A stretch of 64,000 nucleotides of DNA from positions 85,064,001-85,128,000 of the forward strand of contig NC_042998.1 of the NCBI RefSeq assembly GCF_006345805.1. The letters run 5' to 3'. The notes below the pieces were generated by a model. That model did no database searches, was not told where the DNA came from, and was given only the letters and a program-made list of their open reading frames with translations. This document shows, piece by piece, positions 53,096 through 64,000 of the stretch. Position 1 is the first letter of the stretch. Every line of letters starts with the position of its first letter. This DNA is from Octopus sinensis (taxonomy: Eukaryota). The position numbers and the translations under genes were made by a program.

Positions 53096-53131
<36 letters not shown>

Positions 53132-53312
53132 TAAATTGATATGTTACCATTATTCAATAGCCAATAGATGGTGTTGTGGATTTCCACTTCAACATCCGAA
53201 ACTCAGAGTTTTATCTTGGCTATTGAATAATGGTAACATATTAATTTGCAGACAAATTTCCTCTATTTACATAATATTGAGGTCTCTTTCTTTTGTTATC
53301 TTACTGTTTTTA

Positions 53313-53351
<39 letters not shown>

Positions 53352-53369
53352 TATATATGCATATGTATT

Positions 53370-53405
<36 letters not shown>

Positions 53406-54785
53406 GTGTGTGTGTGTGTGTGTGTGTATGTTTGTATGTATTTAACTGTATGTGTGTATCATCATCATTTTAATGTCTATTCTTCCATGCTTGTATGAGC
53501 TAGATGGTGTTTGCTGTGACAGATATTTTCTACAACTAGATGCCCTTCCTGTCATCAACCCTCCCCTGTTTGTAAACAAGATAATATTTCCTCATGGCTA
53601 GACAAGATTTGCAGAATATTGAAACTGAATCATATTGCTTGTATGACAGTAAGACTAATTTACAACTGCCACAAGATGTCAAAACAAGGGGACACACACG
53701 CACACATATCTACACACAGGTTACTTTGCCTACCAAATCCAAGGCTTTGGTTGGCCTAGGGCTATACACTTTCCCAAGGTACCATGCCATGTGACGGAAC
53801 CTAAAACTATATAGTTGGGAAGCAATCTCATTTCCCACACACATCTGTGCCTATATCTACATGCATATATACATGAGTCATCTAAGAGACCATAAGTGAG
53901 GGAAGAGATGGATTCATATATCTGTCAAAATAGTGGGTATATTATCCAAAATTTACAGTATTATATAACCATCTCAGCTGATCTTACTAATTAGAATACA
54001 ATCCGATTATACAACCTTACACTCATCAGAGTTAGCAGATATGGAAGAGAATATGGTGACTGCTCTCTATTGTCGAAGGTGGTTTAACACATCCAGTTTG
54101 CAGCTGCTGTGAAAAAGATGGTGAAGTGAAAAATTGCTAAAGGATTAGGTTAGGAGTTATATCCCTAAGTTGGGTACGCTGCAAGGACAGTAGGAGTTAT
54201 CTTGATGTGTTTGTGGGGAAAGTGTGCGTTATTAAGTGTGGTTATTTGTTAACACATAATAATTGTATCTATTACTCCAGTTTCAATAAATGGTTGATTA
54301 AATTTTGTTTGTAATTTCTATTAATAATATCAATAAAAACATATCCCCCCAAAAAAAATTTACATGATTTTGATTTGCATGGGGACACAGAAGCAATCTA
54401 TTATGCAAATAGAGGGAGAGCTGTTATATTACACCTATGAAAATTATGTATATTTATGTCTTCAAAATTAACACAACCATTTGTTACAAATATATTTACA
54501 ATATTTTTGCAGTTATTTATAATGTCCTTGATATACTAAATAAACTCTAGATGTCCCTTGGGTACTAAGAGGCATTAAAATAAAACACACACACACACAC
54601 ACGTTATATTATGTAAAAATTATCAGCACCACATACTTGTATTGTGTTTTTTCTTTGTCTGGGTAAAATCCCTTTAAAGGCATAATGTTGAAAAAACAAT
54701 ATTCTTCAGAGATAGGTGAAACAGAATTACCTCAGAAGTGATAATGAGAGTAGCAGATATGTATTTCACTGTATTTACAGCTTAC

Positions 54786-55431
54786 TTTTTTGCTTATGTC
54801 AGTCATTTGACTGTGGCCATGTTGGAGCACTGCCTTTAGTCAAGCAAATAGACCTCAGGACTTATTCTTTGTAAGCCTAGTACATATTCTATCGATCTCT
54901 TTTGCCGAACCACTAAGTTATGGGAACGTAAACACACCAGCATCGGTTGTCAAGCAATGTTGGGGGGGAAAAACAAAGACACACAAACATACACACACAC
55001 ACACACACATATATATATATGTATATATGACGGGCTTCTTTCAGTTTCCGTTTACCAAATCCACTCACAAGGCTTTGGTCGGCCCAAGGCTATAGTAGAA
55101 GCAGCGAGCTGGCAGAAATGTTAGCACGCTGGGCGAAGTGTTTAGCGGTATTTCGTCTGTCGTTACGTTCTGAGTTCAAATTCCGCCGAGGTCGACTTTG
55201 CCTTTCATCCTTTGGGGTCAATAAATAAAGTACCAGTTTTGCACTGGGGTCAATGTAATCGACTTAATCCCTTTTTCTGTCCTTGTTTGTCCCCTCTATG
55301 TTTAGCCCCTTGTGGGCAATAAAGAAATATATAGTAGAAGACACTTGCCCAAGTTTCCACGCAAAGGGACTGAACCCGGAACCATGTGGTTGGTAAGCAA
55401 GCTACTTACCACACAGCCACTCCTATGCCTA
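54786..55431 (-). mobile_element. SINE family A interrupted by a SINE B insertion
   Basis: The consensus resumes exactly after the duplicated tatagtagaag. Confidence 0.85.
55102..55329 (+). mobile_element. tRNA-derived SINE family B with an 11-bp TSD
   Basis: TSD tatagtagaag at 55091-55101 and 55330-55340. B box gagttcaaattcc. Central domain gtcgactttgcctttcatcctttggggtcaataaa...aagtaccag. Confidence 0.9.
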
Positions 55432-56697
55432 TAAATCTCATGCTCTTGAGTCACTTCCAAAATGAAAATGAAATGTCTAATCTGAAGTATATACAAATAG
55501 TGTATTAACTATTTGCTGATTCGCAGTAGCATTGCATGACTAGAATCAATTCAGGTCATGCAATGGAAGAAACACCACAGCATAAACATTATGAGTACCA
55601 CACACTTAACATATGTGGGTTTTTTAAAGGCCAGAAATTGTGAGGTTTTTTTTTTTTTGTCCAGGGAAAATCCCTTCAAAGATGTAAAGTATTAAAAAAT
55701 ACAATAGACTTCAGAGCTAGGCAAAACGATATTATATGTATTATATATGATATTATATATGACTGGCCATGTCCTTGAGGACATTACCACCTCACCAGTA
55801 CTGGCATTATGAAAAATGCACCCAATATACTCTGTAAAGTGTGAGTTTATGGTGATCTTTAGTCTTGTGGAGGAAATGTTACAACTCTAGTGCTGGTGCC
55901 ACAACAAAAAGCCCTCAGTATATTCTCTAAGGTGGTTTGGTATTTTGAGAAGCATCCAGCCAATTAGACCAAGCCAAAATGAAACACAAGTATGATGAGT
56001 TCATCCTCATTGGCTTCTCAGCACATTGAGTTGTCGCACCTTGGTGAATGGAGTTCTATCTCTCTTTCTTTCGCTCTCTCTCTCTCCCCCTCTGATTTTT
56101 TTCTTATTCATATTAACATTGTGCACATAAATGACATTGTGAATTTAAATGATCATACTCCACTCCACTCTTTTGAATTGTTAATGATATCCCACTATGT
56201 TCTACAGCTATACAACACCAGGCTTCATTCTACAACCATGCTATTATATATTTCACTGCTATACAATACCTGCGATATAACACCACACTGTCTTGTACTG
56301 AACTACATTACACATCCTATAACAGTCCCATCTAGTCTAGTGGGACTGAATTTGTGTTAAGAAGAACAGGAAAAACAAGGAAGTGGTGTAATAACATTCT
56401 TCTTAAGTTTAACCTTTTAGCATTTAAACGAACCATATCCTGCCCAAATACTCTACCTGTTTTATATTCAGACCAGCCAGATTTGGCCTCTCACTTCTAC
56501 CTTCAATGTCATTTTAAAAATAAGCACTCACATCATGGAAATCTCAAAGCTAGATCATGCATGATTAATTTAAAACAATGTGAATAAGCAAACATTATGT
56601 TTATTGGAGTAATCTGAATGCTAAAGGACTAAATTTATTTTATTTCAATAATATATTTTTATTTTAACTTCCATAACTTATTTCATTTTATTTTCAG

Positions 56698-56763
56698 AAT
56701 TACATCTAGAAGAGTGTCAACCAGCTCCTGATGATGATACAATATCATTGTCGTCATGTGGAG
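56698..56763 (+). CDS. Internal coding exon (66 bp, phase 1-1); ELHLEECQPAPDDDTISLSSCG
   Basis: Strong acceptor tatttcattttattttcag|AA and donor GGAG|gtaaga. The phase-1 frame is open and continues the 34770 exon; the phase-2 frame is closed by a stop. Confidence 0.75.
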
Positions 56764-57514
56764 GTAAGATGTTCTTAACAAAAATAGGCTTTCTGTTTCA
56801 CAATACTGTTCTTCCTCTGAAATTAACTCCTAAATACTAATTACTAAAGTATTCATTAGCAAGTGGAATTCTTTTGGATTTTTTTGTTGTTGCAAGTAAA
56901 GATTTTAAATGTTGCAAATTTATTTTAATAAAATGTAACAGAATTTCCAATTCATTTGTTTTTAATCCACTTTCAAGCCCCAATTGGAATTGCTCCATAT
57001 TTTACATATTTCATGTTGTTAGCACCCTAGAAAATGCATGACTATCACAGCTTCCCATTTTCTGTCTTCCCACAAAAAAATTCTGGCTTCATAGGGAATC
57101 AACATTGTGAATCAATTTGGTATGCAGAATATAGGGACCAAGAATGTTGAAACTTTACTTTAGAAATGAAACTACTGAATTTGAAAATAACGTAGGAAAA
57201 TATATATATCAACCTCATCATCATTATCCTAACACCCACCCCTTTTTCCGTCAGTCAGATGGAATTTATTGAGGGAGATTTTCTGCAGCAGGATGGACCT
57301 CCTATCATCAACCCTCACCTGTTTCCGAACAAGGAAATATTTCCTCATGACCAGACATGTTTTGCAGAAGAGTAGACATTAACAACACCACTTGTATGAC
57401 AATGTCACTCACTTACAGCTATCAAGCAAAGTCTAGATAAGGAGACACAAACATGCACACACATATACACACCTGCAATCATACACACATATACATATAT
57501 ATATATATATATAT

Positions 57515-58192
57515 ATAATTAATTAATAAGGGTGAGAGAATTAGATACTAATTTAATAGTATATTTATTCAACACCAAGTGGCCTAGTGCTACGAGAAAC
57601 CTGGATTATTATAATATTTTATAACATATTATAATATTTTTACAAAATAAATATAAGAGAGTGGTCACTATATTGCTCACTCTAGCACCAGTTAATCCAA
57701 AAGGTTTCAACACGAAAATACATGTTTCCCATGAAAGCCAGTACGACTGTTAGCTCACACGGACAGGGCAAGTAAAAATAACAAAAATACAGATTATTTT
57801 GGGACAATTGTTTCGCTATTAATGAATTAAATGTAATATTACTTACAAAAAAATCCATTTGTAGCTCGTCAGCCAAGACTATCTGGATGAAATCCACTCA
57901 ATCACACGCCAGATTTTACCATAACGATAAATACGCGTGTGGTTCAATGATTACATCCGACGTTATAATTCAAATGCCCCAACCAACAGCGCGCCAAACT
58001 TTCACGGAAAACAATACAGCATTTAGAAATAAATGCAGCATAATTATAATTAATTAATAAGGGTGAGAGAATTAGATACTAATTTAATAGTATATTTATT
58101 CAACCTTTCATGGGAAACATGTATTTTCGTGGTTGAAACCTTTTGGATTAACTGGTGCTAGAGTGAGCAATATAGTGACCACTCTCTATATT

Positions 58193-58199
<7 letters not shown>
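57515..58199 (-). mobile_element. Non-autonomous Penelope-like pseudo-LTR or retrozyme-like element carrying the hammerhead
   Basis: Identical 59-bp direct repeats at 57515-57573 and 58046-58104 (period 531 bp). An ~95-bp inverted copy of 57643-57737 sits at 58105-58199. (TA)n lies on both flanks, CpG is unusually dense, and there is no ORF. Confidence 0.7.
57790..57885 (-). ncRNA. Type I hammerhead ribozyme (palindromic minimal stem III, long loop II)
   Basis: The minus strand reads CAGAUAGUCUUGG-CUGACGA-GCUA-[43 nt]-UAGC-GAAA-CAAUUG-UC^CCAAAAUAAUCUG. Core CUGANGA is at 57872-57866 and GAAA at 57814-57811. Stem II is GCUA/UAGC, stem III is the palindrome ACAAUUGU, and stem I pairs at 11 of 13 positions. 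The GUC cleavage site falls between 57803 and 57802. Confidence 0.8.
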
Positions 58200-58279
<80 letters not shown>

Positions 58280-58305
58280 CATATAAACATATACAGATAT
58301 ATATA

Positions 58306-58339
<34 letters not shown>

Positions 58340-58696
58340 CACTTATACACACATACATATATATATACATATATCATCATCATCATCATTTAGCATCCGT
58401 TGTCCATGCTGGCATGGGTTGGACAGTTTGACCAGGGCTGGCAAGCTGGAAGGTTGCACCAGACCTCAATCTGATTTGGCATGGTTTTTACAGCTGGATG
58501 CCAACCCCTCTGAGAGTGTAATGGGTGCTTGTATATGCCACTGGCATGGGTGCCTTTTGCATGACACACTATCTTCCATGACTGTGATTTTACTTGGCTT
58601 GATGGGTCTTCTCAAACACGACGCAATGCCAAAGGTCTTGGTCATTGCCTCTGTGAGGCCCAACACTTGAACAGTGCTTTTTACATGTCAGTTACA

Positions 58697-58749
<53 letters not shown>

Positions 58750-61700
58750 AGGGATTTCTTTCAGTTTCTGGTTACCAAATCCACTCAAGGTTTTGGTCAA
58801 CCTAAAGCTATATTTGAAGACACTTGTCCAAGGTGCATGCTTGCACTTATGTATATAGAAATGTGGGTGGTTCTGAAGATGATCAAAAATAATTTATGCT
58901 AAATACATTAACATTCAGAACATATAAATTATTCTTACCATAACACGTCTCAGAAATCTAAATATGTCACTGGTGCTATGATATGATTGTTTTTATCAAC
59001 AACTGATATGTCACCTGTTCTGTTTCATTCTTGGAATAAACTAGGTGTCATGTCAGGTTATTGACTTATCCCCTGTTCTATTCCAAGAATGGAATTTCTG
59101 GGAAAATGTAAGAACATAGTAACTTCTCATAAATCTGAAGCTTCATGCCTTTGTAAGTAATTATTTTTTGGGGAAAATAAACGTTGTGGGTGTAAGACAG
59201 CAATAATTTTGATTTCAATTCCCAGATGAAATTACTTTACTTATAGTACCAATGCCACAGAGAAAGGCATAATATCATAAATTTCCCCAATTACTTCCTT
59301 CATCTATAAATAGGTACATACTGGTGTATAATGAGAAGGCCTCAATGAATGAAACTGGAAATTTGGTTTCAATTTCTTGCTGGAAGTGATTTATTTTTAT
59401 TACTTTAGATAGGTGTATACTTCACAGTTTCTCATTTTCCCACTGTATCTAAGACATGTGACTTTTGCATCTTATGGTAACTAATATTGGTTTCAAATTT
59501 TGGCACAAGGTCAGCAAGTTATGGGGAGGGGATAAGTCAGTTATAGTGACCCCAGTTCTCATCTGGTACTTATTTTATCAACCCCGAAAGGATGTAAAGC
59601 AATGTTAACCTCGGTGGAATTTGAACTCAGAATGTAAAGACAGACGAGATGTAGCTAAACATTTTGCCCAGTATGCTAATAATTCTGCCAACTCGTTGCC
59701 ATAAGGCCTTAGTATATTGAATATATTTCCCTTCATTCATTCAAAGCAATTGTCTTCATTTTAAAATCATATGTCTGTAAAACAGAGACATGGAAATTAC
59801 TAAATATCAGAAGTGGTATACACCAGAAACAAACCAAAACAAAATAATGATAGTCAATATTGGCAAATGTTTGTAGTACAGTAGTATGTTACCAATGAAC
59901 AAAACTTGTGATCTAATTTCAATTTCCTGGCAGGAATCTATTATTATATCTTTACTTATATCCTTATTTCCTTTTTCAAAATATATAAATGACTCAATTT
60001 CTTATTTTATCTCTACTCTAACTATGCAAAATGTTAAATTCCTACATAAGAAATAATTATTTTGAAAAATACATAAATGGTAACTATTTTCCTGTTTAGT
60101 AACAATAGTAAGTGGCACACTTTACAGAATACAGAAGCACACTACCAAAATGTACCCTTTGCCTCATCAAAAGACATAATTGCAACATATTCCAAAACAA
60201 TTCCACTTGTAAATCTCTTATAAGCCTTTGTGTTTTATTCCTTTCTTCTTTTATCCATTATTTCATGACATACGTTTGCCTAAATGTATGTCAACAGTTA
60301 TAAATGTGATACCAATTTATCTACCAACCTTTAATAGCAGCTTTGCAATATTCTATTTTCTTTTACTTCATTTACATCTCCATAAATTTCATTATCTTTT
60401 TTCTAGCAAACTCATTGCAGCTATTTCAATGAATCTTTATTGATACATTTTCCTTATAATTATAAAAAAAATTACTTTTTTTTATTATACTCAGTGATTG
60501 ATTTAGACTATTTTATATGTACTGTATAACAATAACTTCAAAGAAAAAATTCAAGTTATAAAGAGAAAGTAGAATGCAATAATTTTAGATGACCTTTTTT
60601 ATACCAATCACCCAAGACCACCTCTGGTTCTATGATACAAATTTCCTTTTTAAAAGTGATCTAGATTAAATCTATCAAAATTGCATGTTAATTTATGTTC
60701 CATAAAGTACACTTATTTTACTATTCCTCATTATTTTAAAAATAATTGAGGCAGAAGTAATATACATCAACAGAAAATATAGTAACAAAGGGGTGAAAAT
60801 GAATTATTGTGTAATTTCATATCAAGCAAACATAAAGCTTGTAGGTAGTTGGCTAAATGACTAAGTTCAATTCCCAGGTCCATAGCTTTGAATATACCAT
60901 ACCACCATCTAGTTGAGAAACATTCTACATGTTCAAATATGTAATTAATTGTATGTGGTACAGTATTTCAGTTTGGGTATATTATAACTTCTCTGTCCAT
61001 TCTGTTCCTGTATATTTGTAAATTATGGGAAGCTGGTTAGGTAAATACTTGTATGCACCACAGCACAGTGTTTGGAGCTAAACTGGAGAAGATGCTTCTC
61101 TCTGATTAGCATTTGTTTGGTGGAGGCAGCATAATGTGTTTTTCATAGGGGTAGGCAGATTCTAGGCTCAGGGACCACTCTGGATGGCACAAATTCTACC
61201 AATGTCACTGCAGTCATTTTTGCATTTTTTCTTTTATTTGCCAGGAGAGAATGGGTTCATTTATTATTTAGCTATAAGGAGAGATGCCATCCCACTGTTC
61301 AATTATTCAAATATATGGCATATATTTCATCAAACAATGATTCAATTTTTTGTCTGCTAGGAGACCCTAAGCCCACTATAACACTAAAACATATTGTTTT
61401 AAACTGTTTCTCCAAGTGTGATGATGCCTAATATGTTGTGTAGTCTTTAGAGCCTTTATTAGATCCTAAAATATTGTCATGCTTTATATGTAGGCTAGCT
61501 AAATGCTTTTATAGTAAGCAGAGACAAATTAAAATATAATAAAAAGAAAATATTCTATCTGCCACGCATTGAATGTAAATATAATTCCTATGTGAATTTA
61601 GTTGTATGTGTTATATATTTTTCCTTTTTAATTTTTCATTTAATTTTATTGTTTTTTTTTTCCTTCGATTTTTGCCATATGCAATTGCTTTTTTTAATTT

Positions 61701-62457
61701 CCAGTATTAAACTTCATAAAAGCTGAACAACATATGTGAACATCTGATTACATATATATATATATAAATCTGCACACACATACTCCCTCTCCCTCTCTTA
61801 TACACACACACCTTCATCATCACCATACCATGTTTTCCATGCTGGCATGGGTTGAATGGGTCATCAAAATCCGAGTCAGTTCTTATTTGGAGTAATTGGA
61901 GGGCAAAAGTGAGTTTACATCTCACTTTTGCCCTCCAATTTTTGACATGGCTACTACAGTTGGATACTTTTCTTATCAGCAACTGTTTTATAAATTGAAC
62001 TGTGCACATTTTATTACAGGGCCAGCACTAGGGAGGTTCTCATCTCTTTAGCAAGACTAAAGAATTCTCTCTACCATATGTTGTCATCATTTACTTACCA
62101 ACCTCTTTACAGTGTACTGGGTGCATTTTGTTATGGCAGCAGCACTACAGAGGTTATCTTGCCCCAAGCAAGACTGTTCTATTGTGTCTTCATTCATTCA
62201 AAGCAAATATGATCAACAAAGTAACTAGAAAATGTGGTGGCTATAAAGGTGAAAAGAAAGAGAGTATGAGTATAATGGAGGTATAGAGCAATAAGAGGGG
62301 AAGTAATGAAAGAGTGACAGTGATAGGCAGCTACATGTGAGTGGTAAGGAAATTGAACATGAGTGGCATGATGGGATAGCAATAAAGATGGTAGGTGGAT
62401 AACAATAGAAATGGAGAGTAGTAAGAGAGAGAAATATCATTAAAGAATGATACAGGA

Positions 62458-62535
<78 letters not shown>

Positions 62536-62803
62536 TAGAGTGATGACCTGCAGTGAAGCAACTTGGTGCTCAGAGGTAGCCCAGTGAGTCTTGTTGCACA
62601 GACATTATTGTAATGGAAGAGAAGCAGAGTGATAAAGAGTGAGAGTTGAAGCTATTGAATATGGACTGGACTCTTGATACAGAGATTAGGAGAGAAGGAG
62701 TGTAATAGATGAAAGAGTACTGAACAGGAAACTAGATAGAGGCTTAATTAGAAAATAATGAATGAGAAACCTGACATAGATATATCATATTATCCTAGCC
62801 TTG

Positions 62804-64000
62804 ATCACCACCATCACTCAACCACTCTAAAATGACTGTTTTACCATGCTTGCACTAGTAGGTGGGTGGATCATAGGTAGCACAACTAGTCATGGTTCAA
62901 TTTGATCCCTTTTGTTACATTTGGCTTGTTGAGACTGGTTTTCATTAATGTTTTCCTGTCTTCTAAGAATATCTTTCTTCTGAGTTTCATCTAGTTTGTG
63001 TGTTCTGCACTTTTCTTTTTGATATACAACTGACATTTTTCACGAAAATCATGTGCCTGTACCTGCACAAGCTTTTTTCTTGTCAGTAGCACTATAAATT
63101 TCACACTATATTTGATTCCTCATTTATGCTCTTTCACCCATGCACACTAAAACTACACTTCCAGTGCAGTATGCTCACTTTATTTGTTTCTAATAACCAC
63201 AAATCTTCTGCACTCAAGGTACACACCTTACTACCATGCATCAATTCACTTCATATATAGGCATCATACAATGTGCCCTTTATTCTGAGAGAAGCCCTTT
63301 GTTATCAGCAGAAGTAACCCTGAACTTTTTCCACCTTGTTCTTAATCTGGTTACTATGTATTTGGAACACCCTACACCACTTGCCAATTAACCTACCTTT
63401 GTAACAAAAGCTAGTAACTAGTTCTAGAGGGCCTTCCAAGGATTTTATAGAATTTATTTCATGTGTACTCTCCCTGCAAACTATCTCTGTGCATCTGCTA
63501 TATATGAAGTCTACCTTCTCTACCAGCGCCCCCTATGATCCCACAATCTTCTCTTGTGTATCCATACTTTACACTGGGAATTTATAACTATCCTTTTTCT
63601 GTGCCTTGAACATGGCCATTTCTCTGATGGTAGCAATGGCCTGTCTTCCTTCTTACTTAGATTTTAATCTTTGCTAAATTTACTTCAAGACCTCTTACTT
63701 TTGGGTTTTGCTAATATATCTGGAATTTCTTTAAATCTTTTATAAATCAGCACATAAGAATTCCTATTCACAGCCATTCTCATATTCTTATATCATGGCC
63801 TGGAGGATCATAATTAATGAGAGGGAACTAAAAATTGAGCGCTGAGAGACACCTACCTACAAGCTGAACTCATTTCTAATTCTCACTTTGCTGTTCCTCT
63901 ATGTAGGGCTTATAATACATTTCTATCAAGCCAGTCATCTTCCCTTAGTTTTCTTAACTACCACCTGACCACAGAGCAAATGACCCTGTCAAAGGCCTTC
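62804..64000 (-). mobile_element. Degenerate RTE-clade LINE (RT domain through 3' end), running off the window
   Basis: Minus-strand motifs VGVSQRS..SL..ILQA (63860-63790), EFLCAD (degenerate YADD region, 63763-63746), RGLEVNLAKIK, PSEKWPCS, RWKKFR (63333-63319) and ELMHGS (63244-63230). The 3' tail is GAT/GGT-like. Confidence 0.85.

Larger units (their letters stand above)
50501..53128. repeat. Tandem duplication of an ~1.3-kb unit bounded by three (TA)n runs
   Basis: 50536-51792 matches 51835-53100. The offset is 1299 at the left and 1307 at the right. Duplicate 66-aa ORFs appear at 51361 and 52668. Confidence 0.95.
1..64000. repeat. Window-wide microsatellites: (TA)n, (CA)n, (TATG)n, (GAT)n, (AAT)n, (AGT)n, (AGC)n, (AG)n
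   Basis: Examples: (GAT)n 10153-10211; (ATT)n 31467-31522; (AGT/AGC/GGT)n 35655-35830; (AAT)n/(AAAT)n 43345-43448; (AG)n 62461-62530. These explain most ORF-track entries. Confidence 0.98.

Noticed and set aside
60135-60225. Possible next exon EAHYQNVPFASSKDIIATYSKTIPLVNLL*
   Set aside because: It reads protein-like and would be in phase, but the acceptor lacks a polypyrimidine tract and several competing frames are equally open.
62200-62780. Purine-rich tract with (AG)n as H-DNA or a regulatory element
   Set aside because: Such tracts are common throughout this window, and nothing specific supports a function.
1-64000. Long ORFs in the six-frame track (e.g. 4059-4655, 4971-5396, 35563-36021, 49091-49657)
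   Set aside because: They translate TA/CA/TATG/trinucleotide microsatellites or SINE sequence (YIYI, CVCV, poly-I/S/V) and show no domain-like content.
1-64000. CRISPR array, prokaryotic operon, rRNA or genuine tRNA genes
   Set aside because: No regularly spaced repeat-spacer array is present. tRNA-like A/B boxes occur only as SINE heads without a full cloverleaf.

Overview
AT-rich, microsatellite-dense eukaryotic DNA. The SINE, MITE and LINE content looks like an octopus (coleoid cephalopod) genome; this is inferred from recalled repeat families, not from a search. Almost all ORFs in the supplied track are microsatellite or repeat artefacts. A long-intron protein-coding gene of unrecognised identity crosses the window on the + strand. 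It has three well-supported symmetric phase-1 exons (29216-29314, 34770-34937, 56698-56763) and two weaker ATG-bearing exon candidates. The rest is layered mobile DNA: at least four SINE families, TTAA- and TA-type MITEs, two mariner relics, a young non-autonomous Helitron, and decayed RTE, CR1/L2-like, R4/Dong-like, Penelope (GIY-YIG) and possible gypsy fragments. The most interesting signal is a CpG-rich, ORF-less element at 57515-58199 with a 531-bp period. It has a 59-bp direct repeat, an inverted tail and an intact-looking type I hammerhead ribozyme on the minus strand (57790-57885), which suggests a Penelope pseudo-LTR or retrozyme-like unit. Several other fold-back elements share part of this architecture (3.9-4.5 kb, 4.6-5.1 kb, 14.4-14.7 kb, 50.5-51.2 kb). 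A 1.3-kb tandem duplication bounded by (TA)n runs lies at 50.5-53.1 kb. No CRISPR array, rRNA or true tRNA gene was seen.
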